DNA of 64,000 nt from Dehalococcoidia bacterium (GCA_965204905.1 OZ242042.1:2392483-2456482); one strand, 5' to 3'. Shown: positions 10,038-18,834, counted from the stretch's first letter. The notes: generated from the sequence alone by a model not told the origin. A program made the numbers and translations.

Positions 10038-11264
10038 CTACTGCGGCAGCAAGCCGCCGAGTCCTCCCGGTTGCTGCTGAGGCGGTGGAGTAACCCGGGG
10101 GCGGGTGAGCCGGACCTGCTCGGTGACCCAGGAGTAGCGGTTGCTGTCAAAATTGATCCTGACCCAGCCTTCCTGGGTACCCTGAGTCAGTTGGTCCTCT
10201 TTCCACTGCTCCACGCGGGCGCCGGCCATTTGAAACTGCATGGCAGTTTCAATTTCCCGGGATTCAACGTCCCCAACGGGCTGAATCAGGAAAATCGACT
10301 GCTCGGCATATATCGGGTCTGAAACGTCTCCTGCCGATAGGAGGGGCGGTTGGCGCTGTGTTTCGCCATTTTCAGTGACCACCGTTTCCCCGAACAGGTG
10401 GCGGTCAAAGTCGGGGAATGCGCCTTCGGGCACCCAGCCGACGTATCCGTCGTTGCCGGAGATTTCCCGGGCCACGGCGGCAAAGTCTTCGCCCAGTTCC
10501 AGCCGCTCTTTCACGGCTTCCGGGGCGGCGTCGGAGTTGATGCTCATGGCGATGGCCTGCAATTCCACCTGATCGGCTTGCTCGGGGAGGGAGGCCAACA
10601 TACGGGTGAAGAGTTCTCGTTGCTGCAATTGCTCTTCGACGATCCTGCGATAGGCGTCATCGGTGAGGTTCACCTGGGTCAAGAAACCGGTGTAGGTATT
10701 CTGATACTCTGCGTCCAGTTGCGCGTCATCCACTTCCTGACCGGGCTGTGGCTCCGGGCGGAAGCGGCCCCTGATGGCTTCTTCAATCTGATCACCGGTG
10801 ACGTTGATTTGCAGGCCGGGGGCAGCCTGGCGCAATATCTCGGCGTGCAGCAAGTCGGTCAAGAGCTGGAAGGGAATGGTACTCAGGTCAACCTGCCCGC
10901 CCTGGTAGCGGTCGATTCCCTGGAGGACGCGGATGCGTTCCACCAGGTCTCCCATGGTGAATCGCACGCCACGGACCTCGCCGGCCATAACGCGGGGCGG
11001 GTGGATAAAGGCCTGATAAACGCCGGCCATGATCACGCCAATGATGACCAGGATCAGGACGCCGCCGATTATCAAAGCGATACGCTGGCGTTTTCGCTCG
11101 GCGCTGCGTCGGGATCTGGCGGCGACAGCGGCGTTCTCATTGCTGACGCCCAGACGCCGGTTGCGCCCTCCGCGCCGGCGCGCCGGGCGCCGTTCCGATG
11201 CGTCGGGCGGTTCGTCGGCTCCGGTATCAGCGCTGCGTTTCCAGGGCAGCGGCAGGTTCAGCAT
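10038..11264 (-). CDS. membrane-anchored SurA-N/PpiD-like periplasmic chaperone candidate
   Basis: Basic N-terminus, a single TM helix (IALIIGGVLILVIIGVIMAGV), then a long helical domain resembling the SurA N-terminal chaperone domain. No clear PPIase signature was seen. Confidence 0.4.
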   Translation of the reverse strand: MLNLPLPWKRSADTGADEPPDASERRPARRRGGRNRRLGVSNENAAVAARSRRSAERKRQRIALIIGGVLILVIIGVIMAGVYQAFIHPPRVMAGEVRGVRFTMGDLVERIRVLQGIDRYQGGQVDLSTIPFQLLTDLLHAEILRQAAPGLQINVTGDQIEEAIRGRFRPEPQPGQEVDDAQLDAEYQNTYTGFLTQVNLTDDAYRRIVEEQLQQRELFTRMLASLPEQADQVELQAIAMSINSDAAPEAVKERLELGEDFAAVAREISGNDGYVGWVPEGAFPDFDRHLFGETVVTENGETQRQPPLLSAGDVSDPIYAEQSIFLIQPVGDVESREIETAMQFQMAGARVEQWKEDQLTQGTQEGWVRINFDSNRYSWVTEQVRLTRPRVTPPPQQQPGGLGGLLPQ

Positions 11265-11306
11265 GTGTAAATTGCCGGGGATGGCATGAGGTACGGTCGT
11301 AGTTGA

Positions 11307-11756
11307 TTAACGACCGGAACGCATACCGATGTTGATGCTGTGTTCGGGCGCGTAGGGCAGGAGGGCCAGATAGCGAGCGCGCTTGATGGCCTGGGCCAAC
11401 AGGCGCTGATTCTTGGCCGAGGTGCCGGTTTTGCGGGTGGGTTCGATCTTGCCCTGCTCGGAAATGTACCTGCGGAGCCGGTCAACATCCTTGTAGTCGG
11501 GAGTCACGCCTTCAACAGTGAACGCGCACACCCGGCGTCGCGGGCCGTAGCGTCGTCCGCCCCGTCCGCCGCCTCGGGGACCGCCGCGTCCCGGAGGGCG
11601 TCCACCGGGTCCGCCGGGGCGGCCACCTGGGCCACCGGGAGGGCCGCCTGGACGATTACCGAAGCCGCCCGAAGGTGGACGCGGCGACGCTGCATCGGCG
11701 GGCGCGGGCCGGGGAGTTTCCGACGGGGGTGGAGAAGACGGAGCAGGGGTAGTCAT
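11307..11756 (-). CDS. rpsR: 30S ribosomal protein S18 with Pro/Gly/Arg-rich N-terminal extension
   Basis: The core [49 protein letters not shown] is canonical S18. It is preceded by ~70 aa of P/G/R low complexity. Confidence 0.9.
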   Translation of the reverse strand: MTTPAPSSPPPSETPRPAPADAASPRPPSGGFGNRPGGPPGGPGGRPGGPGGRPPGRGGPRGGGRGGRRYGPRRRVCAFTVEGVTPDYKDVDRLRRYISEQGKIEPTRKTGTSAKNQRLLAQAIKRARYLALLPYAPEHSINIGMRSGR

Positions 11757-11797
11757 TTGGGAAGTTCCTCCAAGTTTGTCGAGAGCGCAATCACGGG

Positions 11798-12310
11798 CTA
11801 GAAGGGGAGATCGTCAACATCGGCGCCTGTTTCCGAGGGTTCGCCGGCTCCGTAGCCGCCATAACCACCGCCACCGCCGTAGCCTCCGCCACGCGGCTCG
11901 CCATATCCACTGCCCTGGGGAGTGGCATAGCCTCCGCGCTGGTCGCCGTAACCACCACCATAGCCGCCGGCATCGTCTGCCTGGTCGCCGCGGCGGCCTA
12001 ACATCTGCATCTCGGTAACGTTTACGTCCAGAGAGAACCCAGGAGTGCCGTCGCGTCGGTCATACTGTCTTGACCGCAATCTTCCTTCAACGTAAACCTG
12101 CTGACCACGGGTGAGGTATTGATTGCACACGTCGGCGAGACGGCCAAAGGCAGTGCAGTTGAACCACTCGGTTTCCTCGCGTTGTTCGCCGGCCGCGGTA
12201 GTGTAACGGCGATTGCTGGCGATGCTGAACGACGTCATCGGCTGGCCGGAGGGCGAATAGCGCATCTCCGGATCTCGGCCCAAGTTGCCGATGATGATGA
12301 TCTTGTTCAT
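11798..12310 (-). CDS. ssb: single-stranded DNA-binding protein
   Basis: [20 protein letters not shown]-fold start, a Gly/Tyr-rich linker, and the acidic tip DDLPF. The start is trimmed to the ATG at 12310; the listed 262-aa ORF reads through the rpsF 3' region. Confidence 0.9.
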   Translation of the reverse strand: MNKIIIIGNLGRDPEMRYSPSGQPMTSFSIASNRRYTTAAGEQREETEWFNCTAFGRLADVCNQYLTRGQQVYVEGRLRSRQYDRRDGTPGFSLDVNVTEMQMLGRRGDQADDAGGYGGGYGDQRGGYATPQGSGYGEPRGGGYGGGGGYGGYGAGEPSETGADVDDLPF

Positions 12311-12317
12311 GCCGGGA

Positions 12318-13007
12318 TTACGTTTCGCTTTCGGCAGCGGATTCGCCGGCGGCAGGTTCGGGGGCCGCTGCGGGAGGTTCCGGCTGCGCCTCAGGAGCAG
12401 GTGCGTCAGCAGGAGGCGCCTGGGCGGCCGGGGGTTCCGCAGGGGGCGTCTCGGGGGCGGCCTGGGCGGCGGGAGCGGCCGGGGGTTCCGCAGAGGGCGC
12501 TTCGGGAGTTGCCTGGGCAGCCGGTGCGCCTGGGGTTTCAGACGGCGGAGCGGCTGGCGCGGCAGCCGGCGGTGGGCCAGAGCCACGCTCGGCGGCGGGC
12601 GCCGGCGCTTCGGGTATCGGACCGCCTCCGTCGTTGCGTCGGCCGCGTCCCGGCGGGATGTACCGCGAAGGAGCCGTTAGCGGACCGGGCGGCGGCTTAT
12701 CGGCCAGCGGGCCATCACAGCGGACCACCAGGGCACGCAGCACGTTGTCGTGCAGGCGCAGGTAATTTTCGAGTTCACGGTTGAACGGATTATCCGCGGT
12801 GAATGAACTCAAGTAGTAGGATCCTTCAAGGAAGTTGTAGTTTCCCTTGCGGATCGGGTAGGCCAGACGGCGGGTTCCCCACAGCTGCTCGGCGGTGATT
12901 TCACCCTCGCGATTGGTGATGAAGGATTTTATTTCATCCCAGATGGCGGTCGCGTCGTCCTGGTTGAGCATGGGGCTGAGGATGGTTACAAGTTCGTAGT
13001 GGCGCAA
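12318..13007 (-). CDS. rpsF: 30S ribosomal protein S6 with ~130-aa Pro/Ala-rich C-terminal extension
   Basis: RHYELVTILSP..LWGTRRLAYPIRK is canonical S6. The TTG at 13007 gives the usual M-RHYE N-terminus and has an AGGAGA SD 8 nt upstream. The tail is PAAPE-type low complexity. Confidence 0.85.
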   Translation of the reverse strand: MRHYELVTILSPMLNQDDATAIWDEIKSFITNREGEITAEQLWGTRRLAYPIRKGNYNFLEGSYYLSSFTADNPFNRELENYLRLHDNVLRALVVRCDGPLADKPPPGPLTAPSRYIPPGRGRRNDGGGPIPEAPAPAAERGSGPPPAAAPAAPPSETPGAPAAQATPEAPSAEPPAAPAAQAAPETPPAEPPAAQAPPADAPAPEAQPEPPAAAPEPAAGESAAESET

Positions 13008-13062
13008 GTCGGATTCTCCTGAAAAGGTAGGAACGGGCAACGATTATAGCACAACCCCGGTT

Positions 13063-13803
13063 TCACTCCACGCTCAATTCGTTCAACACCGTAGCAATCA
13101 ATTCAACGCCGCGAGCGCCGGAGCTGGTGCGGGCGATGCGGCCCTCCTTATCCAGAAACACGTAGGAGGGAACACCCCTGATACCGTAGGCGGAGGCGAC
13201 GGCTGCGTCGGGGTCGTAGAGATTGGGGAAGGTGAGTTCATGCCGGTCCACGAAATCCCGACTGGCAGCCTCGGTGGTGTTGAACTGGGAAACGCCGATT
13301 ACATCGATGCCCGCGTCCAGAAGCTCCTCGCGGTAGAGGGCGGCGACAGCGGGCAACTCCCGCTGGCAGTAGGGTCACCAGGGCGCCCAGAAAGCCAACA
13401 AAGTCGGCGTGCCAAAGGTATCGGACAGGACGAGTTCCGACCCGTCCAGCGATTGGGCCTGGAACGGTATCGCGTCGGTGCGCTCTCGTTCGCCGGCCGG
13501 GACCGGTGCGGGGCGCGGCGTGTAGGTGGGCAACGGACGCGGGGTATAAGTGGGCGGAACCGGCGTCTCGGTGACTGGAACCAGCGTGTTGGTTGGAGCA
13601 GCCGGAGCATTGGTGGGGGAAGCCGCAGTATCGGACTGTGCTACCGCCGGCGCGGCGGGTGCAGACGTGGGTAGCAGAGTATCTACCCTGGCTGTGTGTT
13701 CGGCGTCCGAACGATCGGGCGGCGTAGCGGTACAGGCAAGCAGCGACATGACCAGGAATGTCGCGGCAAGGATAGCCATTGTCGCCACTAATCTACGAGT
13801 CAT
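13063..13803 (-). CDS. TlpA/ResA-like thioredoxin-fold lipoprotein, probable selenoprotein (U-P-Y-C redox motif; UGA at 13377..13375)
   Basis: The two listed ORFs (13375..14049 and 13063..13356) are in the same frame and are separated only by TGA. Read through, the sequence is TLLAFWAPW-[TGA]-PYCQRELPAV...GIRGVPSYVFLDKEGRI. This is a complete TlpA-type domain with TGA exactly at the first Cys of WCxxC. The N-terminus MTRRLVATMAILAATFLVMSLLAC is a lipoprotein signal. Confidence 0.7.
13347..13365 (-). promoter_or_regulatory. candidate bacterial SECIS hairpin
   Basis: On the minus strand the sequence reads CAGCGGG-AGUUG-CCCGCUG, a perfect 7-bp stem with a 5-nt loop. G is the second loop base and is followed by U. 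The stem starts 9 nt after the UGA and the loop starts about 20 nt from the U of UGA. Confidence 0.5.
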
Positions 13804-13840
13804 GGGGACTGACAGGGGTAGGCAACTCATACCGGTTGTC

Positions 13841-14620
13841 TCACTCCTGGGTGTCGGGATTCTGCTGGTGGAGTCGGGCTTCCAACTCGCGGACGCGGGC
13901 TTCAGCGGCGTTGGCGCGGGCACGTTCGGCGCTGCGCTGGGCTTCGGCGGCGTTGGTGCGGGCCTCAGCCAGGTCGGCGCGGGCGCGCTCGTCCTCCAGG
14001 GTGGCGATGGGCCGGTCCGTGGCAGGGTCGCAAAAGGCCAGTTGACCATGTTCCCAGCGCAGGCTCAAACCCAGCGCCGCGCTGTATCCCTGCACCCGCT
14101 CCGCCGTGTCCACGTCCATCTCCATGGCATGGTATCGACCGTCATCCCCCAGGTGATAGCCCGTCAGCCGCACGCCGTGGTGCTCCCCCGTCTTGTCAAA
14201 CAGCCAGTATTCCAGCGCCCCCAGCGCTGCGTAGTCATCACGCTTGGCGCCGGTGTCTGTGCTGGCGGTGCTGGGCGAGGCCACCTCCAGAACGAAGTCG
14301 GGCGGCTTACCCTGTTCCGAAACGATGTAGCCGTTGTTGGCCTCATACAGCGCAGGGTCAGCATCCAAGGCCACCAGCAGGTCGGGGTAGCGGGCCAAAT
14401 CCCGAAATGTGCCCGGTTCGGCGATGATCCAGCGGTCAGCCTCCACCAGGGTGGTTTCAGGATTGCCCAGGTGGAGGGCCAGGGAATGGGAAAGTCCGGT
14501 CTTGAACAGTTGGTCGAACTGGGTCACTTCGTCGGGCTCGCGTTCTGGGATGTCGGGCAGGCGGAAGCGGCCCGGAACCGGGGGCGTCTTCACGACGGTA
14601 TCGGGTTTTGCGGTGGTCAT
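13841..14620 (-). CDS. Uma2 (DUF820) family PD-(D/E)xK endonuclease-like protein with C-terminal coiled coil
   Basis: YPDLLVALD...PPDFVLEVASPST...KRDDYAALGALEYWLFD is the Uma2 core. The C-terminus ARADLAEARTNAAEAQRSAERARANAAEARVRELEARL is an Ala/Arg/Glu coiled coil. Confidence 0.8.
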   Translation of the reverse strand: MTTAKPDTVVKTPPVPGRFRLPDIPEREPDEVTQFDQLFKTGLSHSLALHLGNPETTLVEADRWIIAEPGTFRDLARYPDLLVALDADPALYEANNGYIVSEQGKPPDFVLEVASPSTASTDTGAKRDDYAALGALEYWLFDKTGEHHGVRLTGYHLGDDGRYHAMEMDVDTAERVQGYSAALGLSLRWEHGQLAFCDPATDRPIATLEDERARADLAEARTNAAEAQRSAERARANAAEARVRELEARLHQQNPDTQE

Positions 14621-14768
14621 GGGGCACCTGCCGGCGGTAGGTTCTGCTCTCCGGGAGCCGAATGGGTGTTATTGCGTGGTGGTTAAGATACTGCCAACAG
14701 CCCACGCTTAAAGTCAATACACCCAGGCGCGTGGTTCCCGCGACGGCGCTAGCGATTTGAGTCACTGG

Positions 14769-14788
14769 ATACCGGCTTTCGCCGGTAT
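14769..14788. repeat. small palindromic element (IPAFAGMT-type hairpin)
   Basis: ATACCGGC-TTTC-GCCGGTAT, a perfect 8-bp hairpin. It translates as WIPAFAGMT, the peptide ghost of a widespread intergenic palindromic repeat. A partial copy (GCGGATACCGGATAG) lies ~20 nt downstream. Confidence 0.6.
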
Positions 14789-15019
14789 GACGGCACAAAA
14801 ACCGCGGATACCGGATAGTAGGGAATTCGGGAAGGTTCAGTTGCTGGGCTTCTCCTTTTGGTTGGTGGTGTGGGTTTCGGGATTTTTAGGTGTCAGGTTG
14901 GTGGTTCGGGACGAGTGTCGGAGCACGGCCAACACTGTTTTTGCTTGCGCAGATAGATATTGTCCTAGATTTCCACGTGCTGGCCGTCCTGGTGGTGGGG
15001 CTGCTGCCCCCTCACCCAA

Positions 15020-15042
15020 CCCTCTCCCACCAGGGGAGAGGG
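15020..15042. repeat. small palindromic element (CCCTCTCCC/GGGAGAGGG hairpin)
   Basis: CCCTCTCCC-ACCAG-GGGAGAGGG, a perfect 9-bp stem. It corresponds to the PLPxGERG-type ghost peptide seen in intergenic repeats of many genomes. Confidence 0.6.
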
Positions 15043-15372
15043 CTATTGACGACCCTCGTGGGGCGGTGGTGACACCCGCCGGGTCCGGGAGCATCGTCGC
15101 TGAAAGACGGTGCGCCGGAGGCGCATCTACGACCCTAGGCTCCTTGGGAACCAGATTCTGCTGTGGGTAACCGACAGGCCGTTAATCGACCCGAACCGAA
15201 ATGACACCTCGCTATGTGAGTAGTTTGGTGAGACGCCGCTGCTAGCGGTGCGGCGACCCCGCGCGGTTCTCGAGTACGTTGCGGGGAACCTGACACAGTT
15301 AGGATAGAACGCGGGAGCGGAGTGGGGCAACGGGCGGGGTGTCACATTCTCAGAATCAGGGCTGAATATGAC

Positions 15373-15507
15373 TCACGCGTACCCACATTCGCCCAAAGTG
15401 TCATTGCGAGCGAAGCGTGGCAATCTCGTTGGGGCAGCGGCATCGCTACTGGAACGAGATTGCCGCGTCGCTGCGCTCCTCGCAATGACAGAGTGGGTAC
15501 GCATGAG
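15373..15507. repeat. 135-nt nested imperfect inverted repeat (MITE-like element or structured RNA)
   Basis: Outer arms are CTCACGCGTACCCAC (15373-15387) and GTGGGTACGCATGAG (15493-15507), complementary at 14/15 positions. The next pair is GTCATTGCGAG (15400-15410) and CTCGCAATGAC (15479-15489). The innermost pair is GGCAATCTCGTT (15419-15430) and AACGAGATTGCC (15453-15464). Confidence 0.65.
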
Positions 15508-15565
15508 CTGAGGGTGGCACTTGTCAACGGGGCGGCGGCGTGGCAACCTTGTTAGCCGAATCGTT

Positions 15566-16231
15566 ATGGAGCAAGAACAGGAACGGATACCGACCAGGAT
15601 CATCGTGGGCCTGGGCAATCCCGGCCCACGCTACCGGGACACGCGCCACAACGTGGGATTCGGCTGCATTGACCTGCTGGCGCAGCGCTGGGGCATCGCG
15701 ATCAACGACCGCCGGCGCACAACGGCCCTGGGACAGGGGTACCGCGAGGGGAAACCGGTGGTGCTGGCCAAGCCCCGGACGTTCATGAATCTGTCCGGCG
15801 AGTCGGTGGCGTATCTGTTGGCAAGGTTCGGCGGTCGGCCGGCGGACCTGGTGGTGGTGTACGACGAGATGGCGCTGCCCGTAGGACGGATTCGTCTGCG
15901 CGCGCGCGGCTCCGACGCCGGACACAACGGCATCAAGGACATCATCCAAAAGGTGCGCACGGTGGATTTCCCGAGGCTTCGTATTGGCATCGGAGGTCCC
16001 GGTATGTCGGGCAGCGTTGACCACGTGCTGGGACGTTTTTCGGACGACGAAAAGGCAACGGTGGACGACACGATCCTCCGCGCCGCCGAGGCGGTGGAGT
16101 GTCTGTTGTCAGAAGGTATCGACATAGCGATGAACCGGTACAACACCGACCCGCGCCCGCGTTCCGAAGCGAACGATGAAACAGCCGCAAGCGCAGATTT
16201 AATGCAAAGGCGCAAAGACGCAGAGCAATAG
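15566..16231 (+). CDS. pth: peptidyl-tRNA hydrolase
   Basis: IIVGLGNPGPRYRDTRHNVGF and GHNG motifs. The start is trimmed to the ATG at 15566; the upstream part of the ORF lies in the repeat region. Confidence 0.9.
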   Translation: MEQEQERIPTRIIVGLGNPGPRYRDTRHNVGFGCIDLLAQRWGIAINDRRRTTALGQGYREGKPVVLAKPRTFMNLSGESVAYLLARFGGRPADLVVVYDEMALPVGRIRLRARGSDAGHNGIKDIIQKVRTVDFPRLRIGIGGPGMSGSVDHVLGRFSDDEKATVDDTILRAAEAVECLLSEGIDIAMNRYNTDPRPRSEANDETAASADLMQRRKDAEQ

Positions 16232-16243
16232 AGTGGGACGGAT

Positions 16244-18289
16244 GTGAGGAGACCAGCCAGACAACGATTGCGCCGGTTGGGATTGCTGGCGGTTGGCGTT
16301 GCGTCTCTGGCAGCGCTGCTGTGGTTTGGCGCAGGCTGTGGGTCGGAAGAGTCGTCCCCTGCTGCCGCAACAGTAACACCACCGATGGCATCCCCCGATG
16401 TTGGCGCAACGAGGGTGATCTCGGCGCCGGCTCTTGCATCAACAACGGTTGAGTCGCCGGCAGCCATGGCGGAAAAGGTACTGCCCCCACAAATCGCGAC
16501 GGCCGACGGGCCGGCCGACGATGCGATGAAAGCCAGCGACTTTCCGGTTCCACCGGAACGGGACCTCCGGCTCCTGGCGCAGCAGATGCGGTGGAATGGA
16601 GCCGAGCCGCCGGCGTCAGCGCCGGCTTCCGAGGATTTGCGGGTTGGAGAGAGCCGGGATTTCTGGACGCTGGACTACCCGAGTATGGCGATGGTCAACA
16701 ATCGCTTCCGGCTGGCGGCGATTTCGGACAGCGCGTATTGGTGGGTAGGGGAGGACGCCGATGTGGAGAACGGCGCACTGCCCAAGACGATAGAAGAAGC
16801 CGAAGGGCAAGTGTTTCCACGGGTAGAGGCGGTGTTCGCGGATGGTAACGAACCTAATCGTTTGCATATCATCAGCGGAAGGATTCCGGGAGTTGGCGGC
16901 TACGTGTCGGGAAGCGACCAGTACGCGGCCAGTGTCAGTCCTTATAGCAACGAGGTGGCGGCGATCTACATCAACTCGCGGGCCGCCGCGCCGGGCGAGA
17001 CGGGGTTCGTCCGGATCCTGGCCCACGAATTGCAGCACGCGATACACCAGGAAGCGGATGCTTCGGAAGCCACCTGGCTGAACGAAGGGCTGTCGGAACT
17101 GGCCGTAACCGAGGCGGGCTATAGCCCCGGCAGCATCTTCAATTACCTGCACCGCCCGAACGCATCGCTGGTGAATTGGCCTGACCACCTGGGGGCGAAC
17201 GTGGGCTTGAATTACGGCGCGTCGGCCCTGTTTGCCCACTACCTGAGGGAAAAATACGCGCCAAATGGAGGACTACAGGACCTGCTGGCGATTGAAGCGG
17301 ATGGCATAGCTGCGGTGGATGAATTTCTCTCGGCTCGAAACGCGGTGTCCCCCAATGGCGACACGGCTGAATTTCATGCCGTGTTCGCCGACTGGATGGT
17401 GGCAAACCGCCTGGATCTGGAGGCGAGTCCATACGGTTACGACGGGTTAGACGTTGAAGCATCGACAACCCGGAGACAGAAAGCGGACGGCGAGGGGCCG
17501 ATGGAATCACTGGCGCAGTACGGAATCGACTATGTGGAGATTCAGGATGCCGACGAGTCCGGCGTTGTCCATTTTGAGGGATCGGCCACGACGCCATTGC
17601 TGGCGACGGACGTGGAGGGAGAGTGCTGGTGGAGCAATCGCGGAGACTCCATATCGGCAACCCTGACGCGGCGTTTGACAATCCCGACAGCAGCGCCGGA
17701 TGGTTCCCACCCTGCGCTTGCCTACCGATACTGGCATGATATTGAGGAGGAATGGGATTACCTGTACGTTTCGGTCTCGACGGATGGCGGCAAGTCCTGG
17801 GACGTGCTGGAGGCCACAGGAACCACAGACTCCAATCCGGTGGGCAACAGCTACGGATACGGCTACACCGGCGACTCGAAAGGGTGGCAGGATGGCAAGG
17901 CATCGTTGGCGGCATACGCCAGCAGAGACGCGCTGGTGCGATTCCACTACGTTACCGACGATGCCATCAACGGGCCGGGGTTCTGCGTGCAGGGGATGCG
18001 CGTGTCGGGCGACGATTTGGATAGCGACGCGGTGGGCTGGGAACCGGACGGGTTCGTGCTGGTCAACAACCGGGTTCAACAGGACTGGATCGTGTGGGTC
18101 CTGGGCGACGGACCGGAACCGTCGGCGACGAGGATGTCGCTACAACGGGACCCGGAAAACGACGCTTACGTGGGGTCGGTCCCAGTTGCAGCCACGCCGG
18201 GCCAATGGCTAGTGGTTGCGGTTGCGCCAACCGCGCCGGCGACTATGGAAGAGGCGCAGTACCGACTTTGGGTTGAGTCCGGCAATTAG
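16244..18289 (+). CDS. secreted/lipoprotein zinc metallopeptidase (MA clan, HExxH...E)
   Basis: Signal peptide with lipobox-like WFGAGCG. Active-site-like ILAHELQHAIH followed by WLNEGLSELA (third ligand Glu). A large C-terminal domain carries an Asp-box-like STDGGKSW. Confidence 0.6.
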   Translation: MRRPARQRLRRLGLLAVGVASLAALLWFGAGCGSEESSPAAATVTPPMASPDVGATRVISAPALASTTVESPAAMAEKVLPPQIATADGPADDAMKASDFPVPPERDLRLLAQQMRWNGAEPPASAPASEDLRVGESRDFWTLDYPSMAMVNNRFRLAAISDSAYWWVGEDADVENGALPKTIEEAEGQVFPRVEAVFADGNEPNRLHIISGRIPGVGGYVSGSDQYAASVSPYSNEVAAIYINSRAAAPGETGFVRILAHELQHAIHQEADASEATWLNEGLSELAVTEAGYSPGSIFNYLHRPNASLVNWPDHLGANVGLNYGASALFAHYLREKYAPNGGLQDLLAIEADGIAAVDEFLSARNAVSPNGDTAEFHAVFADWMVANRLDLEASPYGYDGLDVEASTTRRQKADGEGPMESLAQYGIDYVEIQDADESGVVHFEGSATTPLLATDVEGECWWSNRGDSISATLTRRLTIPTAAPDGSHPALAYRYWHDIEEEWDYLYVSVSTDGGKSWDVLEATGTTDSNPVGNSYGYGYTGDSKGWQDGKASLAAYASRDALVRFHYVTDDAINGPGFCVQGMRVSGDDLDSDAVGWEPDGFVLVNNRVQQDWIVWVLGDGPEPSATRMSLQRDPENDAYVGSVPVAATPGQWLVVAVAPTAPATMEEAQYRLWVESGN

Positions 18290-18834
18290 CTCAAGTCGGC
18301 GCGCAACAACTGCTCGGCGAAGTCCAGAAGGGTGCCCTGCCGGTCGCAGGCAAAGCAGCGCCAGTGCACGGTAGGCAGGAAAACCCGGAAATCCGGAGCG
18401 GAGCAGAATGGACATTCACCCGAGAGTTTTTGCCTTTGCAGAGAGGACGCTCCCGCCACGGACAGATACGTACAGGAGGCTGCCAGCTGGACGAGACGCC
18501 CGCGGCGCACCTGACCATGGGGATCCGTCCCCATCCCTTTGCAGTTTCGCCAGCGCAGTTCAGCGATGAGCGCCTCACGCAGATTTTCGTCATGCCGCAG
18601 CGAGGCGTCGCCGACGCCGGAACCAAGGGCAGCGGCCAGGGCGTAGAGGCCGGGTTCACTGAGGGAAGTCAAAAGGGAAACGGGGTTGCCAGCGGACACG
18701 CTGACCAGGTGGGCGAGAAAATCGCGCAGATACGTGGCGGTGTAGGGCGGGTATTGGACGTATGGGCATTGCAGAGATGATTCGTCGAAATTCCAGAGCA
18801 GCGAACTGTCCGTGTAAGAATGGATAGCGGTCAA
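18286..18834 (-). CDS. hypothetical protein with C-terminal CHC2-type zinc finger
   Basis: C-terminal CPFCSAPDFRVFLPTVHWRCFACDRQGTLLDFAEQL matches the C-x2-C...H-x2-C-x2-C DnaG-primase-type zinc-finger pattern. The N-terminal 130 aa were not recognised. Confidence 0.4.
   Translation of the reverse strand: MTAIHSYTDSSLLWNFDESSLQCPYVQYPPYTATYLRDFLAHLVSVSAGNPVSLLTSLSEPGLYALAAALGSGVGDASLRHDENLREALIAELRWRNCKGMGTDPHGQVRRGRLVQLAASCTYLSVAGASSLQRQKLSGECPFCSAPDFRVFLPTVHWRCFACDRQGTLLDFAEQLLRADLS

Noticed and set aside
11798-12586. 262-aa SSB ORF, with N-terminally extended versions of folE, pth, crotonase, CoA-transferase 1, HpcH aldolase, lipA, MBL hydrolase, amidase 2 and DUF35
   Set aside because: The extensions overlap neighbouring genes or repeats and are low-complexity (e.g. 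MKRQKKKAAKRAAKR...). Internal ATGs with SD-like sequences restore canonical N-termini.
13375-14049. Upstream 82 codons of the 224-aa ORF (MVNWPFATLPRTGPSPP...) as part of the selenoprotein
   Set aside because: This Pro-rich stretch overlaps the 3' end of the Uma2 gene. The ATG at 13803 gives a textbook lipoprotein signal peptide. The ATG at 13830 remains a possible alternative.
14621-15565. tRNA-Sec or another tRNA, tmRNA or SRP RNA in the large intergenic gap next to the selenoprotein gene
   Set aside because: I could find no acceptor/T-arm pattern (GGTTCGAnTCC-like) or UCA-anticodon cloverleaf. The structure present is explained by palindromic repeat elements. This was a manual scan only, so a covariance-model search is still advisable.
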